DNA of 61,265 nucleotides, the filler included, from Sphacelaria rigidula (taxonomy: Eukaryota), in NCBI GenBank assembly GCA_964200075.2. It is 9 parts of 9 records of this genome, joined end to end, with 100 filler letters (N's around TTAATTAATTAA, not from the genome) between each part and the next. Parts side by side here need not be neighbours in the genome. Positions count along the whole stretch, not along the records: positions 1 to 6,719 come from CAXNAA020018435.1; positions 6,820 to 13,538 come from CAXNAA020018436.1; 7 more parts are not named here. One strand, 5' to 3'. Shown piece by piece: positions 1-10,922 of the stretch. Position 1 is the first letter of the stretch, and the number at the start of each line of letters is the position of its first letter. The translations under genes and the position numbers were made by a program. The notes below the pieces were generated by a model. The model ran no database searches, was not told the origin of the DNA, and saw only the letters and a list, made by a program, of their open reading frames with translations.

Positions 1-1059
1 ACTCACTTGAAGCGAATGATCAAAGCCGCTTTCAATCGTATCATCTACTCTCAATCTCACGAAAACATTGTTAACTGCCGGTTTCGGTGATTTTACAACA
101 GATTTGACTGTGCACCTCTTCACCCTACCTCGACGATCAGACACGACAGTTGGCACACTGGTTCGGTATGATACAAGCAGCGAGTGTACCGAACGGCGCC
201 GCGTGCCGAGGCAATCGTAACACGATAACCGCGATCTCCGAATTTCTGGTAATGCGACCGCAACGCCGCCAACACCACGATTCGAGGACAAAATTTCGTT
301 CATCCGAAATTGAAGGTCATGTGGACAGGATACTGCAAGAGTCTCCACATTGTGTGCAGCAGGGCGGCTCCTACGCTGGCGAACAATTTCGATCTGTACT
401 AGGGCACTCTCTGGATGATGACTTCGTACAGAAAACAGAAATTACCATCGGAGAATTACCTGTACAGGTCCCAACTCTACTCGGTACAACCGTACGCGGG
501 CTGTCGGAGGTGCGAGGCACTGAATCTTTGCACGCTTTGCGTCTGAACCTCAGCCAACAACGCCATGCCCATAGATTTCCAGTTGCGAGCTGTAGCAGCG
601 CGCAACGGGGCGGAAGCAGATCAGATTTTGTCTCAAAAAAAGCATTTTGTTCCTATTGAGGCGCAGCACTGCTCCACATTCTGTACTGACCCATTTCACT
701 TGAGCCCGTTGTACTCCCGCTATCCAGCGGTATGAAGTAAGACTACAACCGAACCTTTCTGCATGGCGACCTGCCAAAAGCGTTGAGGTAACTGGAACCA
801 CCACGCCATTTGAGGTAAAATCAACGGAAAGTCAACCAGCAAGCAGATCACCATGCCGCGCAAACGTTTACTGAAGATCAGCACTAGTCACAGAATGATC
901 CACAAACATGATCCACCCGTGTCTGCCTCCCCCAGCTACCATCGAAACACAGCGACACCATACATCCCGGAAACAACCAAGCTGATGCCTATCGCGTAGA
1001 TGTGTACGAAAAAATCACCTGCTTACAAGACACGTGGCGAAACATCACTATGTCGAATA

Positions 1060-3354
1060 TCAGCCGGGATAAGGATGTCCAGGGGCGCTCACATCAAGTA
1101 ATAGATCTCGCGTGCCGGATACTGCCGCTGACACTTGCCGATAACGGGCGGACACATCCAATTCTAACTTCACATCGGCTCCCCTCTTTTCAGCCATCCC
1201 TCTATCCCCCGCTGTCACATCGAATAACGGCTCCACCCGCAACGTCCTACGTAGTCGCTTTGTGTTCCTTTCACTTGTAATACTACCACCGCAACCCCCA
1301 TTTATAGCCGTGCTGCTGGAGCCGCCGTTGCTCATATTGATGCAACTGCTGGATAGCGCAGTATCTAGCTCGCCGCTAGTTCCTATCCCCTCGAAAACTC
1401 CCCGAGACGTAATGGTCGCCTCCAGCTCCACTTTCATGCGTGCCTGTGCACCACCTAAAGGAATCTCATATGCTACCACAGCGCCGGGGAATTGTCCCGA
1501 GGCGGCAGGCGATGTGTTCAAAAACTTCGCCCTCCGTCGTTCGACACGAATGGCACGCGGACTGTGACGAGAATGAGCGTCACATTCCCCCTCTTTCGTG
1601 TCGGGATCGGCATCCGATCGATGGCTGGATCCTTGATGACCAGTAATACCGACACCATTCTCTCCCACGGCCGAATCATGGTTCAGGCGACTTGTTTCCC
1701 GGACACGTCCTGGTGTATCACACGCCATGGCTACGTCATGTGAGCCATGACGGTTGGCGATCTCGTGCTCCCGCACCCGGGTTAAAGAAGGCTGCAAGGC
1801 ATATTCACTGCCAATCATAGAGCTTGCGCAGGCGTGAGTTGTGCAAAACGCCTTCATGCCACGGGCTTCAACGAACGATGGGTACTTTGAGCAGTCCTCC
1901 TTGCCGCACCGTTTGCTTCGTACGTCAACCATACCTGGACGCGCGTGTGTGGCGCAGAACTCCGCCTTTCCGCCAGCGGCTGCACCGAACGATGGTTGGT
2001 TTGAGCAGCCCTCCTCGCCGCACCGCTTGTTTCTTCCATCGCCAAAGCCCGCCGGAGCGTGTGTGGCGCAGAACTCCACCTTCCCGCCACCAGCTGCTCC
2101 GAGCGATGGTTGGTTTGAGCAGCCCTCCTCGCCGCACCGCTTGTGTCTTACATCGACCATGCCCGCCGGGGCGTGTTCGGCGCAGAACTCCGCCTTTCTG
2201 CCGAATGCTGCACCGAAGGATGGGTAGATGGGGCAGCCCTCCTCGCCGCACCACTTGTGTCTTACATTGACCATGCCCGCCGGGGCGTGTTCGGCGCAGA
2301 ACTCTGCCTTCCTGCCACCGGCTGCACCGAACAATGGGTATTTGGAGCAGCCCTCCTTGCCGCACCGCTTGTGTCGTACATTGACCATGCCCGCCGGAGC
2401 GTGTGCGGCGCAGAATTGCGGCTTTTTGCCACCGGCTGCACCGAACCATGGTTGGTTTGAGCAGCCCTCCTCGCCGCACCGCTTGTTTCTTACATCTATC
2501 CTACCCGCCGGGGCGTGTTCGGCGCAGAACTCCGCCTTTCTGCCGAATGCTGCACCGAACGATGGGTATTTGGGGCAGCCCTCCTTGCCGCACCTCTTGT
2601 CTCTTACATTGACCATGCCCGCCGGGGCGTGTTCGGCGCAGAACTCCGCCTTCCTGCCACCGGCTGCACCGAACGATGGGTATTTGGAACAGCCCTCCTT
2701 GCCGCACGGCTTGTTTCTTACATTGACCATGCCCGCCGGGGCGTGTTCGGCGCAGAACTGCGGCTTTCTGCCACCGGCTGCACCGAACGATGGGCATTTG
2801 GAACAGCCCTCTTTGCCACACCGCTTGTGTCTCACATTAACCATGCCCGCCGGGGCGTGTGCGGCGCAGAACTCCGCCTTCCTGCTACCGGGTGCACCGA
2901 ACGATGGGTATTTGGAACAGCCCTCCTTGCCGCACAGCTTGTTTGTTACGTCGACCATGCCCGCCGGAGCGTGTGCGGCGCAAAACTGCGCTTTCCCGCC
3001 ACTGGCTGCACCGAACAATGGCCGTTTGGAACAGCCCTCCTTGCCGCACCGGTTGCCCCTTGTCTTGACCATGCCCACCGGGGCGTGTGTGAAGCAGAAA
3101 TCCGCTTTCCTGCCACCGGCTGCACCTAACAAAGGGTGTGTGGAGCAGCTCTCCTCGCCGCAGATCCCCGCCTTTCTGCCAACGGCTGCACCGAACGATG
3201 AGTGTTTGGAGCAGTCCTCCTTGCCGCACTGCTTGCTTACTACATCGACCATGCCCGCCGCAGCGTGAATGGCGCAGAAATCCGGCTTGCTGCTACCCTC
3301 TAAGGCATACAATGCTCTCGTAGTGCAATTCATATGGGTGCACACAAAAGGCAT
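1060..3354 (-). CDS. EsV-1-7 cysteine-rich repeat protein, 764 aa, intronless, about 14 repeats of 38 aa plus a low-complexity C-terminal tail
   Basis: Uninterrupted ATG-to-TGA ORF. The repeat consensus CGxEGCSKxPSFGAAGGRKAEFCAxHAPAGMVxVRxKR (C-X4-C...FC-X2-H) matches the EsV-1-7 domain family known from brown algae and Ectocarpus siliculosus virus 1. Confidence 0.9.
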   Translation of the reverse strand: MPFVCTHMNCTTRALYALEGSSKPDFCAIHAAAGMVDVVSKQCGKEDCSKHSSFGAAVGRKAGICGEESCSTHPLLGAAGGRKADFCFTHAPVGMVKTRGNRCGKEGCSKRPLFGAASGGKAQFCAAHAPAGMVDVTNKLCGKEGCSKYPSFGAPGSRKAEFCAAHAPAGMVNVRHKRCGKEGCSKCPSFGAAGGRKPQFCAEHAPAGMVNVRNKPCGKEGCSKYPSFGAAGGRKAEFCAEHAPAGMVNVRDKRCGKEGCPKYPSFGAAFGRKAEFCAEHAPAGRIDVRNKRCGEEGCSNQPWFGAAGGKKPQFCAAHAPAGMVNVRHKRCGKEGCSKYPLFGAAGGRKAEFCAEHAPAGMVNVRHKWCGEEGCPIYPSFGAAFGRKAEFCAEHAPAGMVDVRHKRCGEEGCSNQPSLGAAGGGKVEFCATHAPAGFGDGRNKRCGEEGCSNQPSFGAAAGGKAEFCATHARPGMVDVRSKRCGKEDCSKYPSFVEARGMKAFCTTHACASSMIGSEYALQPSLTRVREHEIANRHGSHDVAMACDTPGRVRETSRLNHDSAVGENGVGITGHQGSSHRSDADPDTKEGECDAHSRHSPRAIRVERRRAKFLNTSPAASGQFPGAVVAYEIPLGGAQARMKVELEATITSRGVFEGIGTSGELDTALSSSCINMSNGGSSSTAINGGCGGSITSERNTKRLRRTLRVEPLFDVTAGDRGMAEKRGADVKLELDVSARYRQVSAAVSGTRDLLLDVSAPGHPYPG
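1825..3342 (-). repeat. 114-bp coding tandem repeat array (EsV-1-7 units)
   Basis: Motifs such as gaccatgcccgccggggcgtg and gcagccctcc(t)tgccgcac recur about every 114 bp. The second unit is shortened. Confidence 0.9.
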
Positions 3355-6244
3355 CTTTACGTCTGTACTAGAAAAATATTCGCAGCCGCGGTTGTCCCGT
3401 TACCGCTGCTGCTATCTTCGCCGTCACGCGCCCGCTCTTGAAGACCAGCTCACCAACCCAGCAGCAGCCTGTTTCAAACAACCAACAAATATTACGATAC
3501 GTTGAGCCCACATGGAGGGTAGGCAAACCTTTATGTTTGAAGCTTGGTTGCAATATGCTCGTGGGCCGGAGTGGACGGACAGGCAAACCGTGGAGTCACC
3601 AGTCGACAGAAACAGCTACTGCAGCACGGTCGCTACAGCATCGACAGCACTTTCTACGACAAAGGCGGTACTAAGAGACCTTTCGAAAAAGGTTGGGTCG
3701 ACTGAGTATAGGGAGGGGCATCGAACTCTTGACGTGCAAAAAAGTCTTCAGCGCCGACGTCGCTCGTGTGGCTTCTCCACCGATCAGAAGTCCTTTGCAC
3801 AAGATGCGTCCATGGCCACTCAGATTTTTGCGCCTCGTGCCGGGGGTCAGGTTCACGTGAATGATATCCCTCAGCAGTAAACAATCTGCGCCGGGAGCCA
3901 CACTAGGCGGGTATTGAAGTAGGGGTGCGCAGATCTGTCGATATATCACGTATTGAGCGTACTGTCATGCGCGGTTTGGAAAAATCACCCTATCCTGCGT
4001 GGGCAGGGAAAGGGTCCTTCACAGTGCTTATAGTGACGGTAGGCTCTGACAGGGAAATTGTAAACGCCACTGAACGCGCCACATGGCATTCGCCCGGGAA
4101 GCGCTACTTCGTTGTTGGATCTTTGCAGCAGTAATAGCTGTAGTTGTTGTTGCCGCTGCTGGTGTGAACACTGATACGTGCAACGCGATGAAGTGGCAGG
4201 AAAAACTTGAATGAGCTGACCGGGTGTCGGGCTCTGAAGCGTTTCTGTACAACATTCGGATGCGTAAACAATGACTTTCGGACGCTCTCATCCTCCCACC
4301 AACCGGTGCCTTCCGGCACAACACATCAGCATGACGCGAGACAACGGCTACCGGCAGGCCATGCAATGCGTGGAGCTGTGGGGCTGCAGGGACGTGAGAT
4401 GCTGTGGGGCGCCAGGGCCTTGAGTAGCTATAGCACGTAGGTCGATCTTCCACATGGTGCAGTTCAAAAGCGCAGGGATTAGTGCAATTGGAATCGGGAC
4501 TGCTCTGAGGTCATCTTTGTGATGCGTGTTTACTCGAAGCCTCAAGATCGGGCATTTCTTTGCCGCTGGGGACGACCATACTCTTACGTGACGTTTTCAA
4601 TTCGAGCGAGAATTCCTCAACGAACGTGAATGATGGAAACGCACGAAATCAGCGCCTCCCCCGTTTGACGTACTGTGACACGGCCAAAACTGTTCTCCGA
4701 ATGACTGCATGATGTCAGGGCCAAAACACGACGTGTCAGTACATATTCTTGTATACAAGTAAAATAAAATTATGTTGCGTTCGTTGAGACTGCTGCACAC
4801 CAGCCTAAAACGCAACAGTGCGCTGAAGGAGGGCCTGTTTAGATCTCCAAAAGAGAAAACGAAGCTATCAAAGGCCGTACGAATGGTCATTTGTCTGACG
4901 ATTGATTTTAGTGAAGTTTAATCGAATAATACGAACAAATCATGGCGCTTTGATTTCAGAAACGCACCCCACGTACCGCATCCTACACACGTGGAATAGC
5001 GCAACACCGCGTACAGAATGTTCTGATCCGAGCATCCAGGCGAAAAAAATGGTATGTTCGTTCATTCTCACCAGCCATGATTCGTCGAACCCAAGGAAGC
5101 GATCACCCAGTCAAATCACGAGGAGGAATTGACATCATAACCTACTTAGTTTACCGGCTACGAGCGACATCCACAGGTGAGTCGTTATCCTGAGACGAAG
5201 GGGACACGTATGAAGAAGCAGCGGGAAACACGCGCAAACACGGACCTCAAGGTACAGCTGTAAAAACACCCTTAACATCAACGTCACGTCACGAGTGGCA
5301 CACCGGGTTTCACGGTATCGAGTAAGGTATGCTTGAATGATTGGTGCGATGTGTGAGGTGAGATTCAGGCTACATCTCTTCAGAAAAAATACATGAACAA
5401 GGCAGGACTCCCTCTCGCCCGGAATTATTGTCGCGTGGAACTCTGTACTTCAAGTTCCCCGGGTTCCACACAAATGAGCGAATCCAGCACCGTATTGTAC
5501 CGAGGAAACGGGAGATCATGACTCCTATTCGCAATAATGACCGAATCACGAATCTCTGGCACAGTCTCGTATTATATTGTTCCATGACGCGTACCAATCC
5601 TCATCGTACCGCCAATCACATATCACTTGGTAAAGAAGATGTGAAAATTCCAGGTCCCGCGACAACGGCACCATGAAAAACCCAGGGCAACTATACGTGG
5701 TGTGTGACTAAAGGATGGAAGGGGCGCATCAAACTGCAGTTGGGTTCCTAGAAATATCCATCATGTCTTCTTCACTGTCCTTCTTTTTAGGCCGTCTCCC
5801 GGAACCATTTCACGACTCTTGAAAGGGTTTCGCGTCTGTCACACCAACACGGGTTAGTCTGTCGCTCTGATGCTTGCCATCGTTTACTCGGTACTACACC
5901 ACGGCCGATGTACCGTCAGTCGTCTTGGGCCATGTCCTCTACTGTATAGCGTTCTATGTCCGCGGCTGTACTGCGTCGACCGCACAGTGTGGTGCTGCCG
6001 CTTGTGTATGCATGGCACGCGTTGTGCAGCAACGTGCTGCAGCTGTGTTTACTCTCTGTGCAGTTGGACAGCGGAACTGGCTGCATCGTGAAATTCCTGT
6101 ATCGTACGTGGTATCTACCCTCACGCGAAACGCTGTACGTCATCTATGTCTTGTCTGTACGACTTGATGCACCGTGCTTCATGGAAACCTTTCCGACCAT
6201 CCCCTCTTCCGACGAGATACTAGGATTGAGGGATCTATTCGGAT

Positions 6245-6650
6245 ATTTTGATGAGTGAGATTGTATCAAAGTTGTAATATGCAGCAGCGTTGGCGGGGAA
6301 CGCGAAGTTGGTGAATCATTATCAAACAATGCACGTGACTGCCGCCAAGAAAGTATTTGCATGCCCAAAAACGACGAGTAATATGGCACTGGAACCAGGA
6401 TTGGGAACGTATCCACTTGAAATAAACAGAGAAATGAATACACAGAAATCGCCATGTAGTAAAAGTAAGATGCAAAGAAAGATATTGCTAGCCATAGTTG
6501 ATAGGTCTGTGTAGAAGAAAATGACCAAAGGGCAAGCTGGAATAACGTGGGATAGCGTAGTTGAGAAGCTATAACGGTACCTATGAGAAAGCCAAGACGA
6601 AATGATGTCCACAGGTAAATGCACAGGGTATACAACCGAAATACGATATG
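6245..6650 (+). mobile_element. Degenerate LINE fragment, region C-terminal to the RT domain; same family as 29410-31038
   Basis: Nucleotide similarity to about 30020-30450, e.g. gaaagatattgctagccatagttgatagg vs aaaagatattgccagccacagttgagagg, and gtgggatagcgtagttgagaa vs gtgggacagcgtagtcgaaaa. Confidence 0.65.
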
Positions 6651-6719
6651 TGATCAAAATGGGGGGGGGGGGGGGGGGGGGGGGACGATGGGGTTTGGTC
6701 ATCGGATAATTTGTTTGTT

Positions 6720-6819
6720 NNNNNNNNNNNNNNNNNNNNNNNNNNNNNNNNNNNNNNNNNNNNTTAATTAATTAANNNNNNNNNNNNNNNNNNNNNNNNN
6801 NNNNNNNNNNNNNNNNNNN
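6720..6819. other. Artificial contig linker N44-TTAATTAATTAA-N44; also at 13539-13638, 20358-20457, 27177-27276, 33996-34095, 40814-40913, 47632-47731, 54449-54548
   Basis: Identical 100-bp spacer with a six-frame stop cassette. The flanking contigs are 6719, 6719, 6719, 6719, 6719, 6718, 6718, 6717 and 6717 bp, i.e. length-sorted. Confidence 0.97.
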
Positions 6820-7122
6820 ATTGAAATTTCGGTATTCGTCATAACCCTGCAGTTACATACGCGGATTTTCAGCAACACTTGACTGTTTCGTTTAGACGCC
6901 AGGCACGTCATTCCTGACCAGCCTATTGGTCGTTCTGGAGGCCCGGTCCCAAAAGGGTTAAGCTGGCCCAGCTCGTACGCGTCTGACATCTTTGACGGAT
7001 TAGACCAGCACTCCGATACCCCGCCTCTTTCCGTCGGATTGTGGAGAGTCTGTTCCTGACGTCCCTGGAGTTCCGTATTTCCGATCTCCTGGACAAGACT
7101 CACGAGAATCATTTCACGTGAC

Positions 7123-7329
7123 CAAGGGCAGGTCGAGTAGAGTATACTCAATTGCGGGGTATTTTGAAAGATGTACTTGCGGTGCTCAAGTGTCAGGGTA
7201 GAATGTTGGGAGTCGTACCCCGAAAAAAGCTGGGAAGCGATTCCTGAAACCCTACCCCCAATTTGTGTACTTTAAGTACGACTTTCAAAATACCCCGCAA
7301 TTGAGTGTACTCTACTCGACCTACCCTTG
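7123..7329. mobile_element. MITE with ~48-bp TIRs and 8-bp TSD (hAT- or P-element-like)
   Basis: caagggcaggtcgagtagagtatactcaattgcggggtattttgaaag and its near reverse complement at 7282-7329. Flanks cacgtgac / cacatgac differ at one base. Confidence 0.75.
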
Positions 7330-7768
7330 CACATGACTAACACCTTGCTAGTTGTCTGGTCCTCGGGGGACTCTCTCTGTCTGCCTCTATCTGTCTCTCT
7401 CTGTCTCGAAAACGATCACTCTATGTGTAGTTCATTCCACATCCCCGACTCTAGAGTCTACAAGTAAAGCACGAGAACTACCCGCACGGAACGACTTCCT
7501 TGAGAGCATAGTGTTTTCAGAATTTTAACTTCCTTCTCACGTCGTCACGCTTTCAACAGCCACGAAAAATTAGATACTTACTGGAAAATGACGTATATGC
7601 TAGGATCTGAACCCTCAACGTCGCCTCGAGCGGTTTGTCGATGGACCAGTTAGATCACCGGGACGCGTGTGGAGGCGTTTGTTGGTCTCAGTTCTACCTA
7701 TACTATCAAGAACGTAACGAAGCCCCGTGCCCCCTGTCCGTGTCGCTGTACTCGACCCTTTTTTGCAG

Positions 7769-7930
7769 GAGGATCGTCGAGTGGAGGAAATGATAGAGAA
7801 TATCGCGGGAAAGAGTCCACCGTGGCTGGCGAATGTGCTGAGGGCCTTTTCGCCGTTTGTGACTGTCACGTACACGCTCTTGAATATTTTCGGGCCCAGC
7901 ATCATCGCCTTCTACGTGTTCCTTTTCAAG
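7769..7930 (+). CDS. Uncharacterised membrane protein, internal exon A (EDRRVEEMIE...IAFYVFLFK)
   Basis: ttttgcag acceptor and AAG|gtgggt donor; 162 bp; phase 0; joins in frame to 9546. Confidence 0.75.
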
Positions 7931-9545
7931 GTGGGTGGTCTTGTAGTGGTCTCTTTTGATGTTGTCATGACTCAATGTTTATTGTTTAATGCCTATTATG
8001 TTTTACTTCGTTTTGGTTATGATCCAGTGCTGTTTTGATTGGTTGATTGATTGTCGCACTTTAACTAACCTCCGAGGGGTCCAGCCGTAGTCGCATGATG
8101 GACGTAGTTTCAGTTGCGGTTATTGTTGTTGTTACTAGTGACTCTATCAATTGCAGGCCGTGACCCCAACACCCGCCCCACCCGCCCTCCTCGGAGGCTC
8201 ACGAGAATGAGGTGAATCCCAGAATAATGGATGGCAGATATTCCTGTTCTCTCTGTTCCTTCACCAGACTACCCGAGTGAACAACGCCTCCATAACCCAA
8301 GGATCGCCTGAGCGCGAGCAGCTCAGAACCGAGAAATGTATGTATCTCCGTTCTCTCTGGGCCGACGCCGGTGCATTTTTGGCCGCTGGATTATGGCTTC
8401 CTAGTCGTACGGTGGATCAAGAAAGCCGCCGCATTCTGCAACAGGGCTGTAAATGTCGATCACCTACTATACGAACACATCCCCGTACACACCACGAATA
8501 GATCATTGCTCGAAGGCACCATAGGCATCACTTGAATGTACTCCTTCCACCTGCTGTACTGCACAGTACGGTACGCACGCGCAGTGGGGGTGTAGCGCGG
8601 TGGGTTACCATCCTCGTGTGACCGCACTATGGTGGGACCACCACTTTGTTGTTGCTGTACAGTACCTGCTATCGCCATTTTCTATGGCATCGGGGGGATG
8701 AACCCCCTCGGGACGGGGATATGCCCTTCCCCCCGGACCTCGCCCAGAATGAGATTTCCCCAAAATCAAGCGAATGCGTCACAGCCTGCAGTTGCTACGG
8801 TTCCTTGGTTATATTTTTGGTTGATAAACATCATCGAATCGCCTAAATTCACCATAATTTTTTCTCACGTAGGACCCCAAAATTTCGGTTATCGGAAATC
8901 CAAGTTTTTATGGCGTATAGTAGTTGTCGATAGTTACCAGTATGTTGAGGAATGCAACCATGTTTCGAAGCATTGGTGCGGATACGAAGATTTCAATATT
9001 TCGGGTCATTATCATCCTCAATGAAAAGTTCGGTCCTCAATTTTGAAAATCGGCTGTTGATTACGGATTAGCAAGGCAACGTGATCCTCCGTCCGCTTTT
9101 TTTTTTCGTCATATTGCACTTCTTGGCAAAAATGTATATCCATGAAAACGCTATGGCTGTTGCTGTTATGATTGTTGGTGATAGTGCCGTCCACCGTGCA
9201 ATTCGGATCGAGCACCGCTTCTTGCCACGCGCGACTCTTTGTCTTTATCTTCTTTTTTTTGTATCGCCCGAGCATGGTCGTGATATCTGGATACTGCACT
9301 GTTCTGTGCTGTTACTGTATCGTTGTCGTTCGTGTCTTGTCGTGTGACCAACATGCATGCTATCTGCTAACAGATCTGTACCACTTCCCGTTGTTGTGAC
9401 AATGTTGCTTTTGCTTCGCTTTTGCTTTTGCTTTGCTTTGCTTTGCTTTGCTTTGCTTTGCTTCGCACTGCTCGATCGTTGTATCCACATTGTGCCCGAT
9501 TGTCGTTTACACCTGTTTTTTTTTTTTCGGATTCTCGCGGGGCAG

Positions 9546-9644
9546 ATCTACAAGAATCTTCCGCACAACGTGATCGGCATGATTTACGGCTTCATCATGT
9601 GCTTCTTCGGAGGTTTCTTCCACGTAACCATTGCCGCCATTGAG
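9546..9644 (+). CDS. Uncharacterised membrane protein, exon B (IYKNLPHNVIGMIYGFIMCFFGGFFHVTIAAIE)
   Basis: cag acceptor and GAG|gtacag donor; 99 bp; phase 0; hydrophobic segment. Confidence 0.8.
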
Positions 9645-10036
9645 GTACAGTCCGTTGGATACGGTATACTTGAGGCCTATACGCTTAATAACACCTCCTG
9701 TCGAACATCCGCGGATGATGAATTTTCGGCTATCTCGGACACCATTCTGGGATCCCGCACTATACGGGTAGAGGGCAGTTACTTCATATACGAAAAGTTG
9801 GTGAGTAATCGACGGTCACTTCCCGATATTTTTTTCCGTTTCATGTGGTAGTATCCGCAGATATTTGCACACGTCAAACAGATCATGAACTACCGAAATC
9901 TCTAGTTGGTCGGTATCAAATTGATCTATTGGCTGACTTGGTGGATAAATCTGCTCTCACATTTCTTCCGAGAAGATTTTTTTTTTTTTCCTAGAAATAT
10001 TCGGAGATTCGGGGAAAGAAACAATATACCCTTGAT

Positions 10037-10246
10037 AGAGGTATCTCAAACTCGGCTTCTGGTATCCTGGTTTATTCGCTGGCTCTGAGTTGTGTACTAT
10101 TTTTTCAAGTGAAAGTGATCGCGATTCATAGGAGGACCTGACTTGGCGGTCGAAGGGTGTCATTATCTGATGAATCAGCATCACTTTCACTTGAAATAAT
10201 AGAATGAAACAAATCAGGATACCGGGAGCCGAGTATGAGATACCTC
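10037..10246. mobile_element. MITE with ~37-bp TIRs, TA-flanked; second copy at about 51716-52510
   Basis: gaggtatctcaaactcggcttctggtatcctggttt ... aaatcaggataccgggagccgagtatgagatacctc, plus an internal inverted repeat ttcaagtgaaagtgat / atcactttcacttgaa. Confidence 0.75.
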
Positions 10247-10588
10247 TATTAACACCCCCAAAAGGTTATCCCTTTGACTGCCAGGGTTGGTCATCCAGGG
10301 TTTCCAGTTGGTTTTCGAGTCAATATTGTCATGAGCTCCATTGTAGGGGCAATCCCATACAATAGTCGATAAATAAGGCGGCGGGTGGTAGCTTGGCATG
10401 GGCTCAAAATGGTTAGGCTTGATGGCATTTTTTTAAGATGAGGTTGGGCAACTGTGCTGTACTTTTGCCGCTCCAGCCAGCCACGATGTTTGCTATTTGA
10501 AGGTTCAATACAGGGAATGGGATCGTAGGCAACCATGAAGAAGCCACGCACAAAAGCAGTACTACTGTAGTGCACATTCATTCATCCA

Positions 10589-10922
10589 TGGATGTGTTCT
10601 GTACGGTACGGGTATGTTCGGTAGGGGATAAGATTCCTTGCAGAAGTTCCAAAACCGTCGGGTACCGGTGTGGAAGTCTTACAGAGCTTACAAAACCTGT
10701 CGGGTACGATGTGGAGAATATACTGAAATCCCCACCTTCGACCGGGTATTTCTACAAGGGTATACCCGCACCTCGGGCGGGGGTAAAAATCTCGTTCAGA
10801 TCTTACAGAACTGTCGGCTACAGGTATGAGAGACTGACAGAAGTCACGGAACTGTCGGGTACGGGTAATACTCGAGTAAATACCCCGGGTATACAAAAAA
10901 TGATGCCCTACAGAACAAAACC
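10589..10922. repeat. Non-autonomous repeat with short TIRs and internal subrepeats
   Basis: Ends tgttctgta ... tacagaaca; repeated internal acagaa.../gtcgggtac motifs. Confidence 0.5.

Noticed and set aside
150..659. 169-aa ORF
   Set aside because: Non-ATG start, no recognisable motif and no splice support.
1824..3268. Many long overlapping ORFs, including the 346-aa plus-strand ORF
   Set aside because: Shadow frames of the GC-rich EsV-1-7 repeat array.
6144..6635. 163-aa hydrophobic minus-strand ORF
   Set aside because: Antisense of a purine-rich LINE fragment.
6764..6775. TTAATTAATTAA palindrome recurring every ~6.8 kb
   Set aside because: Assembly linker embedded in Ns; not biological. 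ORFs containing X are artefacts.
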